Assembly (NCBI GenBank): GCA_019237945.1
Contig: JAFAOG010000040.1
Span: 1 to 61,787, forward strand
Length of the DNA stretch: 61,787 nt
From: Deltaproteobacteria bacterium
Lineage (GTDB): Bacteria; Myxococcota_A; Polyangia; Haliangiales; Haliangiaceae
Reading direction: 5' to 3'
Part shown: piece after piece, positions 39,375-49,376 of the stretch
How the letters are laid out: each line of letters opens with the position of its first letter
Numbering within the stretch: position 1 is the first letter of the stretch
Program-made: the position numbers and the translations under genes
The notes under the pieces: generated by a model
Databases searched by the model: none
Told to the model about the DNA's origin: nothing
The model's input: only the letters and a program-made list of their open reading frames with translations

Positions 39375-39927
39375 GCTGGATCGTCAGCGCGGGCTTGTTG
39401 CGTGCCGCGAACGTCGCGCGATCGATCGCCATGACGATGTCGTCGGGCTCGTCGGCGTAGGCGCGCGCGGCGGGACTGTCGTCGACGACGCAGCCGAGCT
39501 TCTCGAACACGCGCTTGCTTGCCGTGTTCGCCGGGATCACCGAGGCGTAGACGCGCGCGAGGCCGAGCTGGTCGAACGCGAACGCGTAGATCATCGTCGC
39601 GAACTTCGTCCCGAGGCCTTTGCCCTGCGCGACAGGCGCGCCGATCATGAACGCGAACTCGGCGGCGCCGTCCGCGATGCCGCGCAGATCCGCGTCGCCG
39701 GCGAGCGCGCCGTTCGTGAACAGCAGGAACTGGTGCGCGCCTTCGTCGGCCATGTCGGCGTAGTGCTCGATGACTTCTTCGGGCGTCAGCGCGGCCGTAT
39801 GCCCCATCAGCGAGGCATTTCGCGGCTCGTTGTAGCCGATGGCGAGCTCGTCGGCGTGCGCGCGAACCTCGTCGAGCGTCGGCTCGATCGCCGCGAGCCC
39901 CTCGGCCTGCCAGTCGATGCGGAACAT
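39367..39927 (-). CDS. GNAT-family N-acetyltransferase
   Basis: The acetyl-CoA loop AQGKGLGTK, plus RVYASVIPANTASKRVFEKLG, typical of the GNAT motif A/B region. Confidence 0.9.
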   Translation of the reverse strand: MFRIDWQAEGLAAIEPTLDEVRAHADELAIGYNEPRNASLMGHTAALTPEEVIEHYADMADEGAHQFLLFTNGALAGDADLRGIADGAAEFAFMIGAPVAQGKGLGTKFATMIYAFAFDQLGLARVYASVIPANTASKRVFEKLGCVVDDSPAARAYADEPDDIVMAIDRATFAARNKPALTIQPR

Positions 39928-39944
39928 GATCTAGTCTTCGCACG

Positions 39945-42569
39945 ATGCAGGCGTGGGAGCGAATCGTTGCGGAGGCCAAGCAGCGGCGGCCGTTTCCGCT
40001 GCCGCCGTACTCGGAGTACATGCCGCCGCCGTACATCGGCGTGAAGCCGTATGCGCCCGACCTCGCGCGGCGCGATGCGACGAACGGGGTCACGCGACTC
40101 GATGCGCTCGACATCGACGAGTACGAGCAGGTGCACGACCTCGCGCCCGGCTTCGATCGGATCGCGACCAAGCTCGTCGACGTCGTCGGCAAGCTGCTGC
40201 ACGGCGTGCACGCGCTATCGAAGACGCTGCTCGACGGCAACCCGGCGTGGGATCCCGAGCTGATCGGCGCCAAGCATGATCCGCGAATCGTGCTCGCGCC
40301 GCTCGCGCTGTCGCGGTCGCAGGACGACAAGGGCATGGCGCGGTGGACGCTGTTCGGCACGAGCCACCGCGGCGCCGCGTGCTGGGACATGTTCGACGAG
40401 CGCGCGATGGCGGCGCTGCTCGCGTGGGCGAAGCTCGACGACGACTGGCGCACGCTCGGCGGACCGTATCGCGCACTCGGCGACGCGTTGCCGAAGGTGC
40501 TCGTCACGTTCACGCCGTTCACCGAGCTGCCCGAGCGCGTGCGCGCGGCGTATCACGCGGGCGATCTCGTGCTGGTGCCGACGCCGGCGAGCCTCGTGTT
40601 CTACAACCACCCGGGCTACCGGCGACTCGCCGAGCACCTGCCGCGCGCGACGCAGATTCCGATCCTGCACCTGTTTGAGCGTGTCGAGGGCAGCTGCGCG
40701 ATCCGCATCCCGCAGTCGGGATGGCTCGACGAGAAGGGCGATGATCCGCACGGTCACCGCGTCGAGAATCACATCGAGCGGCGCCATCGCTGGCAGCGCA
40801 TCGACCGCGACGCCGGGCTCGGCGCCGAGGCCTATCACGACAAGGTGAGCGTCGCACTGTTCGCGACGGACCCGGTGTCGATCGATCTCTACGACAAGCC
40901 GCTCGCGCGCAACTCGCAGATCTGGACGCACGAGTACCGCGCGCTGCTCGACGGGCCGCGCGCCGACAAGGCCGCGATCGCGCGCGCCGCCGCCGCGGTC
41001 GATATCGGCGGCCGCTACGGCTACCGCATGTACTACCCGCCGATGCGCGCGGGGCAGCGCGAGGTGTTCTGGCACTACCCGCTCGTTGCGAGCAAGCACG
41101 GTCGCTACACCGACGGTCCGACGGGCGTGGTGACCGCCGAAGGCGCCGACGTGATCGAGCTCGTGCCGAATCTGCTCGCGCGTGATGGCCACGCGGCGGC
41201 GGCGCAGCGCCCGGTGAAGGACGCGTACAACCTGCGCAAGCTGTACGAGGCGCGCGAGCTCCTCGACGGTCCGCTCGAGCCGACGTACGCGCGGGCGCTG
41301 CTGCGGATCCCGAAGCACGCGGAGCTCGAGCCGTGGCTCGACAAGCATCGCGAGGTCGCGCCACTGATCGGGACTGCTGCGCCGACGCAGGCGCCGCTCG
41401 TGATCGATCGCCTGGGCACGCGCGAGATCGAGGAGCAGATCTGGTCGACGATCTCGCACCTCGCGCACGGCGGCTTCCGCCAGAAGAACGACGCCGACGG
41501 CATCGCCGTCAACAAGGGCAAGCACGGCGGCCCCGCTGCGAAGAAGGCCGGCATCCACGTGCACGAGAAGCGCGACCTCGAGGCGCTCGGCGATCACCTG
41601 CACGCGCGCTATCGCGAGCTGATCGCGAGGTTCGGGACCGGCGAGGTCGTCGACCACGTGTTCCGCTGGGAGAGCGACCACGCGTTTCCGTGGATGGACG
41701 GCTGGCGCCGCAACCAGAGCGAGCCCGCCGAGCGCAACATCGTGATGATGATCCCCGGCCGCAACCGCGGCGAGGCCGTGATCATGGGCGACCACTACGA
41801 CACGGCGTACATGGAGGACGTGTACTGGGAAGAGAAGGGCGGCGACGGCTTGCGCGCACCCGCCGCGGGTGCCGACGACAACCACTCCGCGACGACGGCG
41901 CTGCTGCTCGCCGCCGAGCACCTGCTCCCGCTCGCCGCCGCCGGCAAGCTCGAGCGCGACGTCTGGCTCATCCACCTCACCGGCGAGGAATATCCGGCCG
42001 ACTGCATGGGCGCGCGCGCGATCGCGCAGGGCCTCGTCGAGCGCACGCTCGCATTCACCGCCGAGGACGGCTCGCCGCGAGACGTCTCGCAGGTCGAGGT
42101 CGTCGGCGCGTTCATCCTCGACATGATCGGGCACAACACCGAGCGCGACCGCGACGTGTTCCAGATCGCGCCGGGCGAAGGCGCCGGCTCCGCCCGCCTC
42201 GCGCGCATCGCGCATCACGCGAACCTCGCGTGGAACACCGCGTGCGCGACCTGGAACAAGGAGCGCCCCGGTCTCGGCCGCGCGAAGCGGATGCCCGACG
42301 GGCGCACCCCGCCACCGCTGTTCGCGCACCTGCCGCTGCAGGGCGAGGTCCGCGTCGAGTGGGAGCCGAAGTCGGCGCTCTACAACACGGACGGCCAGAT
42401 CTTCTCCGACGTCGGCGTGCCGGTCGTGCTGTTCATGGAGAACTACGACATCTCGCGCACCGGCTATCACGACACGCACGACACGATGGAGAACATCGAT
42501 CTCGACTACTGCACGGCGGTCACCGCGATCGCGATCGAGACGGTCGCGCGCGCCGCTAGCGAAAGATGA
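39945..42569 (+). CDS. M28-family metallopeptidase domain (C-terminal ~300 aa) fused to an uncharacterised N-terminal region of about 560 aa
   Basis: MGDHYDT, GADDNHSATTALL, HLTGEEYPADCMG and GYHDTHDT, an M28-like metal-ligand pattern. Confidence 0.85.
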   Translation: MQAWERIVAEAKQRRPFPLPPYSEYMPPPYIGVKPYAPDLARRDATNGVTRLDALDIDEYEQVHDLAPGFDRIATKLVDVVGKLLHGVHALSKTLLDGNPAWDPELIGAKHDPRIVLAPLALSRSQDDKGMARWTLFGTSHRGAACWDMFDERAMAALLAWAKLDDDWRTLGGPYRALGDALPKVLVTFTPFTELPERVRAAYHAGDLVLVPTPASLVFYNHPGYRRLAEHLPRATQIPILHLFERVEGSCAIRIPQSGWLDEKGDDPHGHRVENHIERRHRWQRIDRDAGLGAEAYHDKVSVALFATDPVSIDLYDKPLARNSQIWTHEYRALLDGPRADKAAIARAAAAVDIGGRYGYRMYYPPMRAGQREVFWHYPLVASKHGRYTDGPTGVVTAEGADVIELVPNLLARDGHAAAAQRPVKDAYNLRKLYEARELLDGPLEPTYARALLRIPKHAELEPWLDKHREVAPLIGTAAPTQAPLVIDRLGTREIEEQIWSTISHLAHGGFRQKNDADGIAVNKGKHGGPAAKKAGIHVHEKRDLEALGDHLHARYRELIARFGTGEVVDHVFRWESDHAFPWMDGWRRNQSEPAERNIVMMIPGRNRGEAVIMGDHYDTAYMEDVYWEEKGGDGLRAPAAGADDNHSATTALLLAAEHLLPLAAAGKLERDVWLIHLTGEEYPADCMGARAIAQGLVERTLAFTAEDGSPRDVSQVEVVGAFILDMIGHNTERDRDVFQIAPGEGAGSARLARIAHHANLAWNTACATWNKERPGLGRAKRMPDGRTPPPLFAHLPLQGEVRVEWEPKSALYNTDGQIFSDVGVPVVLFMENYDISRTGYHDTHDTMENIDLDYCTAVTAIAIETVARAASER

Positions 42570-42581
42570 TCCCAGAGCGCC

Positions 42582-42766
42582 GGGGACGCTTTCTCACTTA
42601 TCAACCATTCGAAGTGAGTGTTCGCGCGAACTTAGCTGGGGACGCTTTCTCACTTATCAACCATTCGAGGCACGTCGCCCCGGTTGGGTTGTGAAGTGAG
42701 AAAGCGTCCCCGATCAAGTGTGCGAAAACTCTCGGGAGCGTGGGTTGAGAAGTGAGAAAGCGTCCC
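42582..42766. repeat. Palindromic repeat element: two direct plus two inverted copies of a ~30-nt unit with 56-nt spacing
   Basis: GGGGACGCTTTCTCACTT occurs at 42582-42599 and 42638-42655. Its reverse complement AAGTGAGAAAGCGTCCC(C) occurs at 42694-42711 and 42750-42766. Flanking ATCAACC/GGTTG(T/A)G extends the pairing. Lies in a convergent intergenic region of visibly lower GC. Confidence 0.75.
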
Positions 42767-44850
42767 TACTCGAGCGGGCCTACCGTCGAGAGCTTGCCGC
42801 GCTCGCGATACATCCGTTCGACCGTCGCCCGCAGCAGCTCCTCGTCGATGTCGGTGCTGGCGGCACCCGCGACGTAGGCGGCACGTTCGCACGCGACCTT
42901 GATGAAGCCGCCGGTCAGCTCGTACTTCTCGGCGAGCGCGTCGAAGTCGATGTCGGCCTTGCGAGAGCGCTCGGGGAGCGTGCGGCGCCACAGCTCGGCG
43001 CGCATGTCGGGCGACGGGAACGTGAAGTAGACGTCGTACGTGAAGCGGCGCTTGAACGCTTGATCGATCGCGCCGGTGAGGTTGGTCGTCAGGATCGTCA
43101 GGCCGTTGAAGCGTTCGAGGCGCTGGAGCAGGTAGTTCGTCTCGAGGTTCGCGTAGCGATCGTTGGACGACTTGACATCCGAGGTGCGCTTGCCGAACAG
43201 CGAGTCAGCCTCGTTGAACAGCAAGACGACGTGGCCGGGCTCGGCGGCATCGAACACGTCGGAGAGGTTCTTCTCGGTCTCGCCGAGCCACTTCGAGACG
43301 ACCTGCGAGAGATCGATCTCGTAGATGTCGAGGCCGAGGCGGCGGGCGAGCACCGTGCCCGACATCGTCTTGCCGACGCCGGGGTGACCGGAGAACAGCA
43401 CGCTGATGCCCTGGGCGCCGCGCAGCTTGAACTGGTCGCGGATCTTGCGGCGCTGCTGGGCGGCGGCGGTGATCTCGAGCAGCGCGGCGCGCGTGTCGTC
43501 GTCGACGATCAGATCGTCGAGGTCGAACGGCGTCGGGAGTTTCTTGCCGAGCCGCGAGATGCGCTGGTGGAGCTGCGCGGCGACCGCCTGATCGAGATCG
43601 GCGGCGACGGCGGCGGGGGCGTCGGGGAGGCGGCCGGCGGCGGCGGCCTGCGCAGCGGCGACGATCACGCCGCCCGGGATCGCGAAGCGACCGGCGAGGC
43701 CCTCCGCATCCGTCTCCGTGAGCGCGGGGACGACCTGGCGCCACATCGCAGCGCGCACCGCAAGCGGCGGGACCTCGAGCGTGAGGTGGACGAGTGGACG
43801 CTGATGGATGCGCGGCATGCGCTCGCGCGTGACGGTCAGGGCGACGGGGCCGGTCCACTCGTCGAGGAACATGTCGAAGCATGCGGGCATCGCGTCGCGA
43901 TCGGAGTCCATGACGACGGCGTCGTCGGCTTCCGCGAACGCGGGGACGGCGCCGAGCAGCTTCAGCTCGCGGACGAGCGCGCGCACGATGAACGGTTGCG
44001 CGGCGAGCGGTTGCTGCGCGAGGCGCTTGGTGTCGATCAGCAGCAGGCGCTGGTTCCACTGCGCGGCGGCGACCTGGAGCAGCAGCCGCTTGCCGAGGCC
44101 GCGCTGGCCTTGCACGGCGAGCACGACATCGCTCGAGCGCAGGGCAGCGGTCGCGCGATCGACGGCGACCTGGGGAAACGCGCCAGCGACATTGCCCGCG
44201 CGCAGCTCGGCGATCTCCGCGAGCTCGGGATCGAGGTCGAGCGAGCCGCCGTCGAGCAAGTAGACGAGGCGCGATGCGGCGCGCAGCTTCTTGAACATCA
44301 GCGAGTCGGGCGTCGACTCGAGCAGGCGATAGCGCATCAGCGGCGACGTCGCGGAGAGGTCGCGCGCCATCAGAGAACGCGTCTGCGGCGTGTCGTAGAC
44401 GAGCTGGGCGAGCAGCCGGCCGTCGAGGCCGCGCACGTTCGGATCGCGCGACAGGTAGCGGTAGCCCTGCACGAGGTTCGGATCGATCTCGGGCAGCAGC
44501 GCGAACATCAGCGTCGCCCACTGGCGCGCGGTCAGCTCGAACGTGCGGATCAGATCGACGAGCGGCGATCGCGTGCGCGCCTGCATGCTCGCGCGGATCC
44601 GGCCCTCGACCTGCTCGTGCGCCGCGAGCCACGCGTCGAGCACCTGCTGTACGCCGGCGTCCTGCGTGTCGGCCGCGCCGCGCGCCTGCGAGAACAGCCG
44701 GCCCATGTCGTCGGGACTGACGACGTCCTCGCCGACCTTCGCCGCGCTCGCCTCGCGACGCCAGCTGTTGCGGATCTCGTACTCGAGGCGCAGCCACGCG
44801 CGTCGCAGCTCGTCGCGTACGTGCGTCGCGACGTCCGTGTAGGGCTCCAT
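42766..44850 (-). CDS. AAA+ family ATPase with an uncharacterised N-terminal region of about 400 aa
   Basis: Walker A GHPGVGKT, Walker [14 protein letters not shown], and second region of homology [15 protein letters not shown]. Its start overlaps the stop of the upstream protease gene (TGATG at 44848-44852). Confidence 0.9.
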   Translation of the reverse strand: MEPYTDVATHVRDELRRAWLRLEYEIRNSWRREASAAKVGEDVVSPDDMGRLFSQARGAADTQDAGVQQVLDAWLAAHEQVEGRIRASMQARTRSPLVDLIRTFELTARQWATLMFALLPEIDPNLVQGYRYLSRDPNVRGLDGRLLAQLVYDTPQTRSLMARDLSATSPLMRYRLLESTPDSLMFKKLRAASRLVYLLDGGSLDLDPELAEIAELRAGNVAGAFPQVAVDRATAALRSSDVVLAVQGQRGLGKRLLLQVAAAQWNQRLLLIDTKRLAQQPLAAQPFIVRALVRELKLLGAVPAFAEADDAVVMDSDRDAMPACFDMFLDEWTGPVALTVTRERMPRIHQRPLVHLTLEVPPLAVRAAMWRQVVPALTETDAEGLAGRFAIPGGVIVAAAQAAAAGRLPDAPAAVAADLDQAVAAQLHQRISRLGKKLPTPFDLDDLIVDDDTRAALLEITAAAQQRRKIRDQFKLRGAQGISVLFSGHPGVGKTMSGTVLARRLGLDIYEIDLSQVVSKWLGETEKNLSDVFDAAEPGHVVLLFNEADSLFGKRTSDVKSSNDRYANLETNYLLQRLERFNGLTILTTNLTGAIDQAFKRRFTYDVYFTFPSPDMRAELWRRTLPERSRKADIDFDALAEKYELTGGFIKVACERAAYVAGAASTDIDEELLRATVERMYRERGKLSTVGPLE

Positions 44851-46415
44851 CAGCTCAACTTTACTTGGAGCGTCAAGCAGTCGGGGTCGCCGACGATCAC
44901 GTAATCACCGTCGCGCAGCTCTTGCCGCGTGATGCGGCCGCGCATGACGTCGTTGACGTACGTGCCGTTCGTCGTGCCCTGGTCGATCGCGACGAGCCGG
45001 CCCTGATCGACGCCGATCCACACGTGCTTGCCGCTCGCGCGCGAGTCGTTGACGAGGATGTGCGCGACGCCCGGCTGGCGCCCGACAATGATCCCGCCCG
45101 GCGACAGCACGAACCGCTGGCCCGACAGCTGGCCGCGCACGGCGATGAGCCCGCCCATCGCGAACGATCCGGGACCCGGTGCGATCGCGACGGTCTTCGC
45201 GACCGGCTGGATCCCGCCCGACGCGCCCGCCGCGACGCCATACATCTGGCCCGAGCTCGCGACCGCCGCGACCTTCGGCTTCTTCTTGCCGCGCGTCACG
45301 ATCCAGATCATCAGCGCGAGAAACGCCGCCCCGCCCGACGCGGCCGCGACGATGATCCCGGTGCTGTCGCTCTTCTTCTTCTCCTTGCCGTCCTTCTGCG
45401 CCTGCTTCGATGCGAGCACCAGGCCGTGCGCCTCGGAGTGCTGCGGCCACTGCGTCTCGAGCTCCTCGAACTTGCTGATCGCGTCGGTGTACTCGTCATC
45501 CCAGTAGTGCTGCAGGCCGTCCTGCCACAGCTTCAGCGAGTCGCTCGGCTTGAGCTCGACCTTCGCATCCTTGACGAAGTCCAGCAGCGTCGACGCCGCG
45601 ACGAGGAAGTTGAAGCCCTGCACCTCGGTGCCGAACGTCGCGAGGCCGATGACGTTGCCGTGCTGATCGATCGCGGGGCCGCCGGAGTTGCCGTGCGTGA
45701 TCGCAGCGCTGATCTGCAGGAGCTGCTCGCCGGTCGTCGCGTGCTTGAGCGCGCTGACCGCGCCGTCGGTGACGCTCGGCTGCAGCTCGGACTTCTCGTC
45801 GAGCAAGTCCTTCGCGTCGGCGACGCCCGGGTACCCGATCACGATGACGTGATCCTCGACCTGCGACTTCGTCGAGTCGCCGATCGGCAGTGCAGGCGCG
45901 TTCTGCGTCTTGACCTTGATGATCGCGCAGTCGCGGCCGCTGCCCGGCACGCCGGTCTGCTTGATCTCGTAGTCGAGCTTGTCGCCGTTCTGCAGCACGA
46001 TGTACGCGCGGCGATCGAGCTTGATCAGCTTCAGCTGGTCGAAGATGCGCGACAGCTGCGCGTCCGTCATCCGGCTCATCACGTCGCGATAGCTCTGGTA
46101 CAGCTCCTTCTGCGCGGCCTCGACGAGCTGCTTCTTCGCGAGCAGGTCGCCGCCATAGATGTCGCTGACGACGTGCGCGTTCGTCGCGACGTAGCCGTCC
46201 GCGGTGATGAAGAAGCCGGTGCCGGTGCCGCCGATCGCTTCCTGGAACTTCTGGCCGTCGAACTCGAAGTCGGCGATGTACGCGCCCCACACGCGCACGA
46301 CTGACGGCTTCGCGACGAGCGCGATCTTCTGTTGCGGGCTCGGCTCCTCCGCCGACGCCACGCTGGAAACGACACACACGAACGCGAGCGCGACCGCCAG
46401 ACGCAGGCCCATCAC
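44850..46415 (-). CDS. Periplasmic trypsin-like (S1) serine protease - TM helix - cytoplasmic FHA domain protein
   Basis: Signal peptide present. Catalytic triad context TNAHVV / DCAIIKV / GNSGGPA. TM helix GIIVAAASGGAAFLALMIWIV. FHA region IVGRQPG...ILVNDSRASGKHVWI...IDQGTTNGTYVND. Confidence 0.9.
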   Translation of the reverse strand: MMGLRLAVALAFVCVVSSVASAEEPSPQQKIALVAKPSVVRVWGAYIADFEFDGQKFQEAIGGTGTGFFITADGYVATNAHVVSDIYGGDLLAKKQLVEAAQKELYQSYRDVMSRMTDAQLSRIFDQLKLIKLDRRAYIVLQNGDKLDYEIKQTGVPGSGRDCAIIKVKTQNAPALPIGDSTKSQVEDHVIVIGYPGVADAKDLLDEKSELQPSVTDGAVSALKHATTGEQLLQISAAITHGNSGGPAIDQHGNVIGLATFGTEVQGFNFLVAASTLLDFVKDAKVELKPSDSLKLWQDGLQHYWDDEYTDAISKFEELETQWPQHSEAHGLVLASKQAQKDGKEKKKSDSTGIIVAAASGGAAFLALMIWIVTRGKKKPKVAAVASSGQMYGVAAGASGGIQPVAKTVAIAPGPGSFAMGGLIAVRGQLSGQRFVLSPGGIIVGRQPGVAHILVNDSRASGKHVWIGVDQGRLVAIDQGTTNGTYVNDVMRGRITRQELRDGDYVIVGDPDCLTLQVKLS

Positions 46416-46444
46416 GAGCCATCGTACCGTGTATCCTCGGCGAC

Positions 46445-47479
46445 GTGGGCTTCGGCATCGACCTGCGCGCGACCAGCCGCAAGACCAAGGGACTGTTCCG
46501 GAGGGGCCCGGATCCTCGAGAGCTGGCCGAGCGCTTCGGCCGGTTGATGCCGCGGTCGTTCAAGACGTGGGATCGGAAGAGTTCGCAGATCGCGCTGCAT
46601 CCCGCGGCTCCCGCGGTGCACGTTGCGCTCGATGGCACCGAGCTGCGTGTGCAAGGCGAGACGTGGCAGGTTGGCCCCGGCTACCACGCCGACGTGCTCG
46701 CGCGGTTCGCGCCGCTGCTCGACGAGCTCGACCTCGCGTGGGAGGCGCCGTCGCTGGCGGACCTGCAGCGGCAGATGTGCGAGTGGCTCGCGAGCGAGCT
46801 GCGCGGTGGGCGCACGAAGTTTGTCGAGCGGCCGTACGTCGTCGACGGCGCCGCCGTGCTGACGATGCTCGGCCCGCGCGATGCGGCGTGGCGCGATGCG
46901 GTGCTCGCCGATCCGATGAAGGCGGCGGACGCGTTCGCGTGGTGGAACAAGGGCGATGCGGCGCGGTCTCGCGCGCTGCTCGCGATGTGGCACGAGGTCC
47001 CGTGGCGCGAGCCGCTCGACGACCGCGAGCGCGACGTGCTCGAACGCTTCGAGCGCGACGTCGAGGAAGCCGGGTTCGCGTTGCCCGATCCGCCGGTCGG
47101 CTATCGGCGTCACGACCTGGTGCTCGAGCTGTCGGGGGGCTGGCGCGTGCGGTTGCCGGGCAGCTTCGTCGGGCGGTGGGAAGACGACGGCGCGCGCTAC
47201 TGGGCGACCGACGGCGATCGCGCGATCGAATTCGAGAGCATGACCGCGCAGGACGAGGCCACCTCGCAGCAGCTGCTCGCCGTCGCGCCGGAGCGGCACG
47301 AGGTGATCGCGCGGCTCGCGGAGGGTACTCGCGTGGGGCGCGCCGAGGCGTTCACCGACGATGGCGTGCGGATCGTCGTCGGCATTGTGTGCGACGCGCC
47401 CGATGTCGCGATCCTCACGTGCAAGGGCGGCGACGACGCGTGGGCGCTCGCGACGTGGCGCTCGCTGATCAGATCGTGA
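46445..47479 (+). CDS. Hypothetical protein (344 aa)
   Basis: GTG-initiated ORF with good codon bias. No motif recognised. Confidence 0.6.
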   Translation: MGFGIDLRATSRKTKGLFRRGPDPRELAERFGRLMPRSFKTWDRKSSQIALHPAAPAVHVALDGTELRVQGETWQVGPGYHADVLARFAPLLDELDLAWEAPSLADLQRQMCEWLASELRGGRTKFVERPYVVDGAAVLTMLGPRDAAWRDAVLADPMKAADAFAWWNKGDAARSRALLAMWHEVPWREPLDDRERDVLERFERDVEEAGFALPDPPVGYRRHDLVLELSGGWRVRLPGSFVGRWEDDGARYWATDGDRAIEFESMTAQDEATSQQLLAVAPERHEVIARLAEGTRVGRAEAFTDDGVRIVVGIVCDAPDVAILTCKGGDDAWALATWRSLIRS

Positions 47480-49292
47480 ACAGCGTGCGCGCGTGATCCT
47501 GCGGATCGGGGACGCGCACCGCCGTGCTCCAGATCGCCTCCTCGATGCAGTGCGTGTCGTCGCCCGCGTTGCGCACCTGCACGTCGACGATCTCCTCGCG
47601 CGTCAGCGAGATCTCGATCGTCCCGTGCAGGAACGGCCCGCAGACGCCGAGCGCATCGATGAGCTGATCCTTCAGATCGAGCGCGCCGATCGCGCGCGCG
47701 GTGCCGAACCGATCGACGATCGCGCCGACCGAGCGCCCGCTCATCGTGCCGCTCGTGCCGAACCCCATCTGATCGGCGTAACCGCCGCGGCCGCCCCACG
47801 TGCCGAACAGTGACCACGCGCTGTCGACGGCGAGCGCCGCGCGATCGATCTCGAGCTGGAGCGGCGTGTCGAACGTGCCGGTCGCCGCGAGCTCGCGCGC
47901 GATCGCGAGCCCTCCGCTCTTCTGCGGCACGACGACCCGCGTGACCTTCGTGTTCCAGAGCAAGCCCGAGACGCGCACCGGTCCCGCGGCCGCCGCCGTC
48001 GCGCGCGCGAACCACGTGCACGACGTCCCGGCATCGAGCCGGTCGGGACAGCCCTCGAAGCCCTCGGCTTCCCAGCCCGTCCCTTCGATCGCGATGTTGT
48101 CGACGGAGATCGGGCGCACGAGCATCGCCGCATCGCCGAGCGTGCCGCCGGTCGCGCCGATGCCGCCCGTCGCCTTCGCGAGCGCGCCGAACATCACGTC
48201 GTCGTCGCGGGCGAGCGGCGCGTCGATGCTGCGCAGCGCGACGACGTGCACGACCGTGCCCGCTGGCACCAGGCCAGCCCACGAAGCGGCGTCTGCGCCC
48301 TCGAGCTCCGACTTCACCAGCTCGTCGGTCAGCACGATCACGCGGTGCGTTCCGGGCACGCGCGACAGCCACGCGCCGGCCTCGCCGATCGCGAGATCGA
48401 CGTTCGAGCCGTTCGCGGCGACGATCCGACGCAGCTCGCGATCGACGCGCGCAGCCGCCGCGCCGCTCTCCATCCAGCTCGGCAACAGCGGCCGCGGTCG
48501 CCGCGCAACGGCGATCACCTGCACCATCGAATGCGGCACCTGCGGGAGGTAGCTCGCGAGCAGCACGCGCTGGGCCTCGCGCTGACCGTCGGTCAGCGAC
48601 CGGCTCGCATCGACGAGGATCACCGTGTCGAGATCGTCGGGAACCGTCGCGAGCTCGCGCCCGAGATCGACCTCGACCTTCGCGAAGTCACCGCCCGCGA
48701 GCGCGAGCCGCCCCGCGATCACGCCGATCGGGAAATCGGGCGCAGCGGCGCGCAGGCCAAGCCATCGACCCTCGCCGACGGCGGAACATCCGGCGGGCGC
48801 CGCGTCGACGCTCCCCGCCACGTGCCAGCTGTCGGGCAGCTGCACCCATCGCCGGTCGTGCGAGAAGCAGGTCGGCGCATCGACCTCGAGCGCGATGTCG
48901 ATCGCACCGCCGCGCGGCGACGCGACCTCGATCTGCACCTCGGACGTCAGCGGCGTCACGAGCACGGCGATCGCGCGCGATGCGGTCGTCGACGCGGACC
49001 CGACCGCGTAGAACCCATCGCTCGCACGCGCGGTCTCGACGAGCGGCAGCGCATGCGCGGCGCCGTCCGCAAACGCCGTCCCGCCCGTGACGACGCCGCC
49101 GAGCGGCACCTCGACCTGCACAGACGCCGTCGGGAAGTACGCGCGATCGAGCGGGACGCGCACGCGGATCGCGAACGCGACGTGCGTGTCGCGCAGCCTC
49201 GCCGTCACGCGCTGCGGCTCGAGCTCGGTGTCGTCGGCGGCGGCCGCCGGCCGTGTCAGCGCGAGCAGGACCGCCGCGAGCAGCCAGCGCAT
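47469..49292 (-). CDS. Secreted vWA-domain protein
   Basis: Met177 of ORF 47469..49820. Signal peptide MRWLLAAVLLALTRPAAA. MIDAS-like VILVDASRSLT. 607 aa. Confidence 0.75.
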   Translation of the reverse strand: MRWLLAAVLLALTRPAAAADDTELEPQRVTARLRDTHVAFAIRVRVPLDRAYFPTASVQVEVPLGGVVTGGTAFADGAAHALPLVETARASDGFYAVGSASTTASRAIAVLVTPLTSEVQIEVASPRGGAIDIALEVDAPTCFSHDRRWVQLPDSWHVAGSVDAAPAGCSAVGEGRWLGLRAAAPDFPIGVIAGRLALAGGDFAKVEVDLGRELATVPDDLDTVILVDASRSLTDGQREAQRVLLASYLPQVPHSMVQVIAVARRPRPLLPSWMESGAAAARVDRELRRIVAANGSNVDLAIGEAGAWLSRVPGTHRVIVLTDELVKSELEGADAASWAGLVPAGTVVHVVALRSIDAPLARDDDVMFGALAKATGGIGATGGTLGDAAMLVRPISVDNIAIEGTGWEAEGFEGCPDRLDAGTSCTWFARATAAAAGPVRVSGLLWNTKVTRVVVPQKSGGLAIARELAATGTFDTPLQLEIDRAALAVDSAWSLFGTWGGRGGYADQMGFGTSGTMSGRSVGAIVDRFGTARAIGALDLKDQLIDALGVCGPFLHGTIEISLTREEIVDVQVRNAGDDTHCIEEAIWSTAVRVPDPQDHARTLFTI

Positions 49293-49376
49293 GCTCGTAC
49301 GACACCCGCGCCTTGTCCCGGTTCCGGAATCATCGCACCCGGCGTCCCGAATCGTTATGCTGCGGCCGTGGACTCG

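Noticed and set aside
42582-42766. CRISPR-like appearance (a ~30-nt repeat with a regular 56-nt period)
   Set aside because: There are only two copies per orientation and the two halves are inverted relative to each other. The 'spacers' are partly complementary to each other, and no cas genes are present. It is a palindromic element, not an array.
42718-44904. 728-aa plus-strand ORF
   Set aside because: It is antisense to the AAA+ ATPase, which has Walker A/B motifs on the minus strand. The ORF has no motifs and a shadow-like composition.
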